Below are positions 1 to 7,549 of a stretch of 64,000 nt of DNA, piece after piece. Position 1 is the stretch's first letter. Every line of letters begins with the position of its first letter. Source of the DNA: Planctomycetota bacterium (GTDB lineage Bacteria > Planctomycetota > Planctomycetia > Gemmatales > Gemmataceae); assembly GCA_003671255.1 (NCBI GenBank), contig QWPF01000001.1, positions 27,479-91,478 of the forward strand, in the 5' to 3' direction. The notes beneath the pieces are model-generated. The model was not told where the DNA came from and made no database searches. It saw only the letters and a list, made by a program, of their open reading frames with translations. The translations under genes were made by a program, and so were the position numbers.

Positions 1-801
1 GGGACTGGATTTAGATTCAGCGCCGGAGTTGCTTGAACCTTGCGAGGTTCCTCCAATTTTTGCAACGATAACTGTAATGTTATCATGCCCACCGCGAAGA
101 TTCGCTAAATCTACCAGCATTTTGCACGCTTCATGCGCCGATAAACTATTGGTGATTGCGCCTAATTCAGAATCTTTGACTAACCCCGTCAATCCATCGC
201 TGCAAATTAAAAAGCAATCGCCAGGTTCTACTTTGTGTGGGCCTTCAATATCTGGTTCTACGATTGCTTCTGGCCCCAGGCATCGGTTTATGTAATTACT
301 AGGGATATCCTTGACTTCATCAGGGTCTATTTTTTTTAACCTGGCATATTCCCATACAAGGCTATGGTCGTAGGTAAGTTGTTCAACAAGTTTTCCTCGG
401 ATTCGATAAGCCCTACTATCCCCTACATGGCCTATCCAAACTCCTTCGGGCCTTATTATGATTCCGGTGGCAGTTGTACCCATACCTCGAAATTCACTGT
501 TTTCCTGACCACAGGTGTGAATGGTTGAGTTAGCTTCATAAAAAGCTTTGCGGAGGGAATCTGGGGCCCCTTCTTTTACATGCTTGCTGTAGACATGGGG
601 AATTGTTTTTACTGCTTGCTCGCTTGCTTTTTCGCCGACCGCATGCGCACCCATCCCATCTGCCACTAATAATATATGGCCCAGCTCTTGCCAATTTGTT
701 TCATTGGAAGCTATGGCTAAATAATTGCTATCTTGGTTGTAGCCTCTTTTCAGACCCACATCCGTTAAAACTGCACATTCGATTTGTTCGAATGAAGCCA
801 T
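1..801 (-). CDS. PP2C-family Ser/Thr protein phosphatase (3' end runs off the left window edge)
   Basis: Absent from the ORF track because there is no in-window stop. My minus-strand translation from the ATG (complement of 799-801) reads MASFEQIECAVLTDVGLKRGYNQDSNYL...LLVADGMGAHAVGEKAS...PGDCFLICSDGLTGLVKDSELG...LANLRGGHDNITVIVAKIGG. These are PP2C/Stp1-type metal-binding and C-terminal motifs. The + ORF 29-295 is antisense to it. Confidence 0.8.
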   Translation of the reverse strand, partial: MASFEQIECAVLTDVGLKRGYNQDSNYLAIASNETNWQELGHILLVADGMGAHAVGEKASEQAVKTIPHVYSKHVKEGAPDSLRKAFYEANSTIHTCGQENSEFRGMGTTATGIIIRPEGVWIGHVGDSRAYRIRGKLVEQLTYDHSLVWEYARLKKIDPDEVKDIPSNYINRCLGPEAIVEPDIEGPHKVEPGDCFLICSDGLTGLVKDSELGAITNSLSAHEACKMLVDLANLRGGHDNITVIVAKIGGTSQGSSNSGAESKSSP

Positions 802-1035
802 TAGGTCTCCATCTTCGGAATAAAAATAATCACAAGTGTTATAATACCTAAGTTTTACAAAATATCAAATTAAAGCCAGAATAAGATTTTATTATGAAAA
901 GCATGGTGAAAACACCTATTGACCTAATTGAAAATTAAGTTATCAGCATCAAAGTTACAAGGTTTTTAAAGAGATTGATAAGTTTGATTTTTAAAATTAG
1001 GTTTTCTAGGTGATTTGCACTGGGGTGAAGAAATA

Positions 1036-1491
1036 ATGTTTTTACGCTGTCTACCTATGGTGCTACTTTTGATTGTATTTACGGGATGTGTCACCCGCAA
1101 ATACACGATTGATTCATTTCCACAAGGTGCCATGGTTTATAAGGATGGAAAACCCATAGGCGTTACTCCCATGGATGAGCATTTCATCTATTACGGGAAA
1201 TATAATTTTAAGTTGGTCAAAGATGGTTACGAAACCTTGGATGTCGAGCAGAAAATTCCTTCGCCATGGTATGAATATCCCCCCTTGGATTTTGTAGCTG
1301 AAAGTTTGTTCCCATTTGAAGTTCATGATATCCATCGTTTTAGTTATGCTTTGCAACCAGCAAAAGCAGTCAGACAGGATGAAATACTTGAGAAAGCCGC
1401 AGAGCTAAGAGAAAAAGGTAGAGCGGTTGTTCCTTTTGCTCCTGTCCCAGAAAAAACCAAAGGGCTATTGCCTTTAGCTGGTGCAAAATAA
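1036..1491 (+). CDS. PEGA-domain lipoprotein
   Basis: Internal ATG at 1036 is preceded by GGGGTGAAG. Lipobox LLIVFTGC. PEGA-like segment IDSFPQGAMVYKDGKPIGVTPMDEHFIYYGKYNFKLVKDGYETLDV. Confidence 0.65.
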   Translation: MFLRCLPMVLLLIVFTGCVTRKYTIDSFPQGAMVYKDGKPIGVTPMDEHFIYYGKYNFKLVKDGYETLDVEQKIPSPWYEYPPLDFVAESLFPFEVHDIHRFSYALQPAKAVRQDEILEKAAELREKGRAVVPFAPVPEKTKGLLPLAGAK

Positions 1492-1528
1492 TTGCTTTGC
1501 ACCATGCGCATTACCATTAAGCTTTTAT

Positions 1529-2944
1529 TTAATCGTTAATAGATATTGTTTTCAAAATTTCGTTCAATTCTTCTAACCAAAAATCTTTTGTTTTAATTGG
1601 GATTTCACAAACAAATATCAAGTTGCCATTTGTTGTGGAATACTTGCCGAAAAAAATTATCTTTTGAACTTGATCATCAACTTTGAATGTGAAAAAGTCG
1701 GGTTTAAAAGTAATGCTTTTGCTGCTAAGTTCAGAGAATTTATATTTGATATCCGCAGCCTTTTCGATTTTAGTTTCGGGATTTTTTTCCTCTCTGAGTA
1801 ATTCAAATAATTTCTCTTCCACCATATCCCATGCTTTTTCATCCTTGATTGGTTTGAAAAGGGAGAATAGCTGTAATTTGGCTTTCTGGTTTAAAAAGTC
1901 ACCCGAATCGCTGGGGTTCTTTCCAATAAAAACTGATTCAGGTGCTGTATCATAATCTTTAACATCCTGGGGCGCCCATAAAGATTCTGGAACAGTTACA
2001 GTTATTTTCAATTTTTCAACATTCACTAATCTTGTTTTTCTGGGTGTTGGTTTCCAGTCAACTTTGGCATTTGTTTTAATTGCTAATCCCTGATTAAATT
2101 TCCCCCACGATTCCTCAACTGAATCTTTGCTGTCGATGGGTGCGAGGCAGATTATCAGAAAGAACACCCCGTTGATGTTTGAGGAGTAGCAATCGCCAAC
2201 CCATGCTGATGAATCTTCCTTGGACCCTTCGATCCCAAATTTTTTAAACGGGACTTTTCCTATTTCTGTTTCATCAGCTTTTTCTTCCCATTCAAGATTT
2301 TTAGGTAGGAATAATTTCAGCCTTGAAATCATTTCTTGATGCATTTCAGTGTTTGTGGGGTTTCTAGTCTTAAAATCCTTGTAATACATGAGCCATATGT
2401 CTTTTGCTTTGCCTGTATATGCAAATTTAGTTTGCAAAGATTGAGCAAGCTTTTGATCTTTTGTGTAAGAATTATAAGGTTTAAAAGTAAAGAATTCCGA
2501 ATCAATTAATTCAGAACTTCCTTCGGATTGTTGATTTGATTCATTGCGTATCTCTTTTTTTAATAGTGGCAGCCCAATGATGTAGAAAGCCGCGAAACTG
2601 ACAGAAATGAAAAACACAACGAAACCTAATAGAAATACCTGCGATATGGTAAGCCCGTTACTTTTTTTCTTTTTAGAAGGGGTCTTTTTTTCAGGCGTAA
2701 AACTTGGTTTTATTTCTGATTTAGATTCAAATACCAACCCTTGATTGTCTTCCACAACATTTACAATGTTAGGTGGGGAGACTATGGGCACTTTTGAAGG
2801 CGAAGCAGGACCGCTTTTATTAGGCTTTCGTGTTGCAAATGTTTTTTTGCAATTTGGACAGGTAATTGATTGTACACCTTGCATTGCTTCGATTTGAAAC
2901 GAGTAATTGCAGGATTTGTTTGGGCAAGGGAATCCAGAGGCCAT
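1529..2944 (-). CDS. Membrane protein with N-terminal zinc ribbon, one TM helix and a ~330-aa uncharacterised C-terminal domain
   Basis: CPNKSC...x17...CPNCKK four-Cys ribbon at the N-terminus. Lys/Pro/Ser-rich linker. Hydrophobic helix ISQVFLLGFVVFFISVSFAAFYIIGLPLL. Long uninterrupted ORF. Confidence 0.6.
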   Translation of the reverse strand: MASGFPCPNKSCNYSFQIEAMQGVQSITCPNCKKTFATRKPNKSGPASPSKVPIVSPPNIVNVVEDNQGLVFESKSEIKPSFTPEKKTPSKKKKSNGLTISQVFLLGFVVFFISVSFAAFYIIGLPLLKKEIRNESNQQSEGSSELIDSEFFTFKPYNSYTKDQKLAQSLQTKFAYTGKAKDIWLMYYKDFKTRNPTNTEMHQEMISRLKLFLPKNLEWEEKADETEIGKVPFKKFGIEGSKEDSSAWVGDCYSSNINGVFFLIICLAPIDSKDSVEESWGKFNQGLAIKTNAKVDWKPTPRKTRLVNVEKLKITVTVPESLWAPQDVKDYDTAPESVFIGKNPSDSGDFLNQKAKLQLFSLFKPIKDEKAWDMVEEKLFELLREEKNPETKIEKAADIKYKFSELSSKSITFKPDFFTFKVDDQVQKIIFFGKYSTTNGNLIFVCEIPIKTKDFWLEELNEILKTISIND

Positions 2945-3000
2945 GATTGTTTTCCAAATTTTTACATTACCGGTTTTTCACAAAACAACAGTATTAGTTT

Positions 3001-3018
3001 ATTTGATTTATATTTAGA
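3001..3018 (+). repeat. Copy 1 of exact 18-nt motif ATTTGATTTATATTTAGA (divergent promoter region)
   Basis: Identical 18-mer in the same orientation recurs at 4694-4711. Lies 57 nt upstream of the minus-strand start at 2944 and 171 nt upstream of the ATG at 3189. Confidence 0.9.
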
Positions 3019-3188
3019 TTATAACTGTCTAGTTGAAACTTTAGACCATTTGGTCAAGATTGATCGATTATTATTGCAAAAAAAACAATACTTTAAACTT
3101 TTTATGATTAATAATTTTTCTTGCACCCTTAACAATCCGAATGATTGTAAAGATTACAGATTTATTACCTTTGGTTAAGGCAAACATC

Positions 3189-3593
3189 ATGAAGAGGCAA
3201 CTGTTAAATTCAATCGGAATGTTTTTTTTGACCATTGGTTCGGTTGTTGCTGCTGAAACCCCAGTTGTCCAGCCAACAACCACACCAATTGTTCCTCCTG
3301 CCGGTTGCGATAAATGCAAAAAAGAGACCGGGTCATGCTTAACTAAATTAAAAGCTTGGATGGGCAGTAAGGAAGAAAATCAAGGGAGAAACTATTCTGG
3401 GCCAAGAACGCAAGGGGTAAGGCCAACTCCTTTATATATGTATTTTCAGCCAGCCTGCACAGAGAAATCAGGCGCTGGTTCTTCAAAGAACAATCTAAGC
3501 TGGAGCCCTACAGGGTGGAGGGATTTCACTTCTACGGGCCATCGGATGTTTGACACCCCAACTCAATTTGGTGTTGGATCTGGTCAGAAATAG
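3189..3593 (+). CDS. Small secreted hypothetical protein
   Basis: Internal ATG gives the signal peptide MKRQLLNSIGMFFLTIGSVVAAETP. No recognisable domain. Confidence 0.45.
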   Translation: MKRQLLNSIGMFFLTIGSVVAAETPVVQPTTTPIVPPAGCDKCKKETGSCLTKLKAWMGSKEENQGRNYSGPRTQGVRPTPLYMYFQPACTEKSGAGSSKNNLSWSPTGWRDFTSTGHRMFDTPTQFGVGSGQK

Positions 3594-3634
3594 GTTAGTT
3601 TTTCATCTAGTCCTAAAAAGGATGGGGTGAGAAC

Positions 3635-4543
3635 TTGAATAATGGTTATCAAATAAAAGAGTTTGATTCAAAAGTTGACACAGTTGATCAATTGATCGTC
3701 TGTGTTTGTCCGTTTAATTTGGAGTTGGTGAATTTTTTTGGGCCATTGATTAAAACCAAGCATGTGTTAATAAGAGCGATATTTGATTTTTCAACAAAAA
3801 AGCCAATGTTTTTGCTAAGTGCAGTTCAAGAGTGCAAAGATTTTTACGAGCTTGATATTTTCATTTCAGAATATTTTTCGATTGAGTTAAGTTCGGAAAT
3901 GGAAATTGCAATCAGTAATTGCCTGAGTGATGTTTTGTCATCAACAAAGAGCGTGGGTAAGCAGTTGTTTATCGAATCCAATTTGGTGGTCGATAAAATA
4001 AAGCATTTGATAGTTGCAGCTGGAATGAGATTTATCACAAATTTTTCAGAACTTACAATTTATATTGGGGAAACGGGTTCCTATTCTTATTTAAATAGCC
4101 CTTTAGAATTCGGTTTTATTAAAGATTTTGGCTATGAAGAGTTAAATGATTTGTTTTTGCGTAGTTCGATAAATTCGCTTGATTGCCCTGAAGGTTTGAA
4201 ATTTAGAAATATTGCCAAGGTTTTTGATTCGCTGATTTATCACCCCTTTTTGGATGCAAGTGGTTCGCAGGTAGCGATGTTAGGCAGAATACTTGTGGGC
4301 TTTGTTTTTGTTGTAAAGTATGAAGATATGGCTGAAATTGCTTATCTTGGTGTTGCAGAAGAATTCAGGTCACAAAGGTTTGGAAGTGCCTTGATGGGGA
4401 AAATGTTAGGAGTATTGGCTAAAGATAAAGTTAAAAATTTAAGGGTAATAGTTGATGAAGGGAATTTTCCCGCATTGGGTTTGTACCATAGCTTTGGGAT
4501 GGAACTCAAAAAGAAGCGTATTTTATTTTTAGCTGAGGGATGA
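3635..4543 (+). CDS. Hypothetical protein with C-terminal GNAT acetyltransferase-like domain
   Basis: TTG start after GGGGTGAG. C-terminal YLGVAEEFRSQRFGSALMGKML matches the GNAT acetyl-CoA binding motif (Q/R-x-x-G-x-G/A). Confidence 0.6.
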   Translation: MNNGYQIKEFDSKVDTVDQLIVCVCPFNLELVNFFGPLIKTKHVLIRAIFDFSTKKPMFLLSAVQECKDFYELDIFISEYFSIELSSEMEIAISNCLSDVLSSTKSVGKQLFIESNLVVDKIKHLIVAAGMRFITNFSELTIYIGETGSYSYLNSPLEFGFIKDFGYEELNDLFLRSSINSLDCPEGLKFRNIAKVFDSLIYHPFLDASGSQVAMLGRILVGFVFVVKYEDMAEIAYLGVAEEFRSQRFGSALMGKMLGVLAKDKVKNLRVIVDEGNFPALGLYHSFGMELKKKRILFLAEG

Positions 4544-4693
4544 TTTTTATCGAGAAAAAATCGACTTTAAAAAGAACTTTTAAAAGATTCAAATATTCTA
4601 TTTGCTAAAAAAATTACAGTGTCTAAATTACTAATCTCTGAAGGTTGCAAGGGTGGTTTCCCGACCCCTTTTGCTTCTGATCATTCTTGGTTC

Positions 4694-4711
4694 ATTTGAT
4701 TTATATTTAGA
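4694..4711 (+). repeat. Copy 2 of exact 18-nt motif ATTTGATTTATATTTAGA, ending 5 nt before the dnaA ATG
   Basis: Identical to 3001-3018. It occupies the position where a Shine-Dalgarno sequence would be expected, and none is visible. Confidence 0.9.
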
Positions 4712-4716
4712 GTTGC

Positions 4717-6162
4717 ATGGTTAACCCAATCATTCAAGAGTTGGATATTCCAACCTTGGAGAAATTACTTATTGGACGCATCGGAAAACCACGGTTTGAC
4801 CTGTGGTTTGGTAAGCTCGTTTCTTTCGTGTTAAACCACGATAAGTTGCTTGTTTTAGTCCCTAACAACCATTTTCTAGAATGGCTTAACAGTAAGTTTC
4901 GTAAAGATATCGAAGATGCGCTTAAAGAATGCTTTCTTGGCGCCAAGCAGGTCGTTTTTCAAATAGCACAACAATCTTCAGTCCAATCTGCAATAGTAAA
5001 TGTTGAGAATACCATTCAAAATGGTCCTAAGTTAAATTCATTAGATTTAGCGACTGTAAAAACGGATGGCGCTATTCAGTTGGTAAAGGTGCCTGGCACA
5101 AAAGAAGCCAAAAAAAGAGACTGGTTTGATTTTAAGTCTTTTGTCATCGGGGAATCAAACAAACTTGCTTTTGAAATGGCCCGTAGTTTAAGTGTTGAGA
5201 AACGAAGTGATACCAGTCCACTGGTAATTTTTGGCCCCCAAGGATGTGGCAAAACTCATCTTTTAGAGTCATCTTATAGGTCATTTAATAATTCTTTTCC
5301 ATTGATACCCGCAGAGTTTATTTCTGCGGAAGAGTTCACCAGTCAATTTGTTGTTGCGATGCAAAAAAATCGTATGCCTGCATTCCGAGCTAAAATTCGT
5401 GCCAATTCTTTGTTTGTTTTTGATGATGTGCACCTGCTTGCGGATAAACCCGCTACTCAAAAAGAACTCATGCTTAATCTTGATGTTATCACCCAAAAAG
5501 GGGGTAGCATTATTGCTGGAATGGATTGCCATCCACGCATGGCAAAGAAAATCATGCCCGAATTGTTAGACCGATTGATGTCTGGCATGATTTGTTCGGT
5601 GGATGTTCCAGAAGATTCGTTGCGCATTGCTTTAATAAAGCGTTATTGGGCATTGTTGTCGAATCAAGATATCAACTCAGAAGTTGTTGAATATCTCAGT
5701 AAAGAGATTCGAGGCAATGTAAGGATTATTCTTGGTGTTCTTAAGCAGATATCTAATTCTGTAAGAATAAACCGTGTATTACCCACTATGGAATTGGCCC
5801 GATCTATTGTCAGTGGTTTTGTTAGGTGTGTTTTTAGGTCTATAACTTTGCAAGATATTGATGAAGTTGTCAGTACCTTTCTTTTTTTGGCGCCGGGTTC
5901 CTTAAAGTCTGGCGTTAGGGAAGAAAAAATGTCTTTCCCGCGTAATCTTGCCATGTATCTTGCTCGAAAAAACTCTTCTTTTACTTACCGTGAGATCGGA
6001 AGCTACTTCGGTAACCGTAATCATAGCACCGTAATCGCAGGCGAAAAACAGATCGAATCCTTGATTAAATTTGATTCGCGTGTTCAATTTGCAAACCTTG
6101 AATACGATCTCAATTTTCTACTTCAGAGCATCCAGCAAAAGCTTCAATCCAGCAGATCTTAA
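4717..6162 (+). CDS. dnaA: Chromosomal replication initiator DnaA
   Basis: AAA+ Walker A GPQGCGKTHLL. Walker B LFVFDDVHLL. Domain IV HTH FPRNLAMYLARKNSSFTYREIGSYFGNRNHSTVIAGEKQIE. Confidence 0.9.
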   Translation: MVNPIIQELDIPTLEKLLIGRIGKPRFDLWFGKLVSFVLNHDKLLVLVPNNHFLEWLNSKFRKDIEDALKECFLGAKQVVFQIAQQSSVQSAIVNVENTIQNGPKLNSLDLATVKTDGAIQLVKVPGTKEAKKRDWFDFKSFVIGESNKLAFEMARSLSVEKRSDTSPLVIFGPQGCGKTHLLESSYRSFNNSFPLIPAEFISAEEFTSQFVVAMQKNRMPAFRAKIRANSLFVFDDVHLLADKPATQKELMLNLDVITQKGGSIIAGMDCHPRMAKKIMPELLDRLMSGMICSVDVPEDSLRIALIKRYWALLSNQDINSEVVEYLSKEIRGNVRIILGVLKQISNSVRINRVLPTMELARSIVSGFVRCVFRSITLQDIDEVVSTFLFLAPGSLKSGVREEKMSFPRNLAMYLARKNSSFTYREIGSYFGNRNHSTVIAGEKQIESLIKFDSRVQFANLEYDLNFLLQSIQQKLQSSRS

Positions 6163-6417
6163 CAACTTGCGTTTTATTTTGAGAGAATAGGTGGATTAGG
6201 CTGAGTCTGCCAATTCTTCGGCTTGCCGATTGCGAATTCTGTTTAACTATTCACTATTATTCCGTTTGTTCCTTTTATTTCTTCCGATTTGATTATTAGT
6301 GAAATGCGGCGATTAACAGATTGGCAATGCCGCAGGCCTTCGGGCGTATCGCAAGTGGTGGGGGTCGAAATGGATTTCGACAGCGATAAGCCTTCATATT
6401 CTGTAAAGGAGTCGGAG

Positions 6418-6903
6418 ATGAAGCGGTTTGCTTTAATTTTTGGTGTGTTGGCTGGTTTAGCCATTGGTTCTAATAATGTCCACGCTAGCTGGGGTTCCCT
6501 AGGGTACAGCGGCTGGCAACCTTGGTACAATATTTTTGCAAAACGATATAAATGCCTTACGCCTGAAGAAGAAAGACTTCAGAAATTCTGGCACGATTAT
6601 TACAATGCAATGGAGAAATATTACGGAGCACTAGATAATATTGACTGGGTAGCCTACTACAAGAATCATGGTTATCAAATCAATAGTGGCCCTGGTGGTA
6701 GCTCGAACGGTCGAGTTAATTATGCACCTGTTTTTGTAAGCCCCGGTCTTCAGTGGGCTGTTCCAAACGGTGCAGTAGGCGGCCCTCCAGTAAGTGGCGG
6801 AATGCCTGCGGGCTACGGAGTGATGCCAGCCGGTGGCGCAATGCCAGCCGGTGGTAACTTCCCCCCGATGCCAGTAAATTATGCCCCAGGTGCTGGTTAC
6901 TAA
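6418..6903 (+). CDS. Small secreted Tyr/Trp/Pro/Gly-rich protein with MPAGG repeats
   Basis: ATG at 6418 follows AAGGAG. Signal peptide MKRFALIFGVLAGLAIGSNNVHA. C-terminus GGMPAGYGVMPAGGAMPAGGNFPPMPVNYAPGAGY is encoded partly by an 18-nt-period direct repeat (6823-6858). Confidence 0.6.
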   Translation: MKRFALIFGVLAGLAIGSNNVHASWGSLGYSGWQPWYNIFAKRYKCLTPEEERLQKFWHDYYNAMEKYYGALDNIDWVAYYKNHGYQINSGPGGSSNGRVNYAPVFVSPGLQWAVPNGAVGGPPVSGGMPAGYGVMPAGGAMPAGGNFPPMPVNYAPGAGY

Positions 6904-6924
6904 GCTAGCTTGGGTAATATAAAA

Positions 6925-6962
6925 AGAAGCCATCGAGCATATCTCGATGGCTTCTTTTATTT
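6925..6962 (+). terminator. Intrinsic terminator
   Basis: 13-bp perfect stem AGAAGCCATCGAG / CTCGATGGCTTCT, loop CATAT, then TTTATTTAT. Confidence 0.75.
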
Positions 6963-7094
6963 ATATAGCGATTAATTGGGTTTTACTATTAAGCTGCGTT
7001 CAGATTTTCTTAATTATAAAAAGCAAACCCCTTCAAACTTTTAGAATGTGCTAAGTTTCAACCATTAGCCATGTTTCCATGGATGGGAGGACTT

Positions 7095-7481
7095 ATGCGA
7101 ATTAAGTTGTTATGTAGTGTTTTGGCATTCGGACTTGTTGTTTCAAACTCTATTGGTCAACAACCCAAGACAACTGCTCCGCAAGCAATGCCTCCCAACC
7201 AAATAAATCCCCAGCAACAGTATCAGCAACAAGCACCCTACTTTGTTTATTACATACCCACAGCCCCAGACATGATGGGACCGGGCTTTTATTACACCAA
7301 TTGTTACGGTGTGACTTATGGTCCAAATTATTGTGTAACGCCGCCTTTTGCTCCTTGCAATGGTCCTTTACCAGCTTTTGGCGCTGCCGCAATGAATCAA
7401 AAACCTAAGGCATATCCAGGGATGTCTTTTCCTACCCATCCGTATGTACGAAGTGCCCGAGATTATTTCATGGTGGATTAA
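7095..7481 (+). CDS. Small secreted Gln/Pro/Tyr-rich protein
   Basis: ATG at 7095 follows GGGAGG. Signal peptide MRIKLLCSVLAFGLVVSNSIGQ. Mature part is QQQYQQQAPYFVYYIPTAPDMMGPGFYYTNCYGVTYGPNYCVTPPFAPC... Confidence 0.6.
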   Translation: MRIKLLCSVLAFGLVVSNSIGQQPKTTAPQAMPPNQINPQQQYQQQAPYFVYYIPTAPDMMGPGFYYTNCYGVTYGPNYCVTPPFAPCNGPLPAFGAAAMNQKPKAYPGMSFPTHPYVRSARDYFMVD

Positions 7482-7507
7482 CTTAAGTTTGATTTGATGG
7501 GATATAT

Positions 7508-7540
7508 AAAAGAGCCAGTTTTAACTGGCTCTTTTTGTTT
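7508..7540. terminator. Bidirectional intrinsic terminator between convergent genes
   Basis: AGAGCCAG / CTGGCTCT stem, loop TTTTAA, flanked by an A-run and a T-run. Confidence 0.7.
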
Positions 7541-7549
7541 AATAAGAAC

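Noticed and set aside
29-295. 88-aa plus-strand ORF at the left edge
   Set aside because: It lies antisense to the PP2C phosphatase reading frame, which translates into canonical PP2C motifs across 1-801.
1480-1503. Perfect 8-bp hairpin GGTGCAAA/TTTGCACC overlapping the stop codon of the PEGA lipoprotein gene
   Set aside because: No T-run follows on either strand, so it is not supported as an intrinsic terminator.
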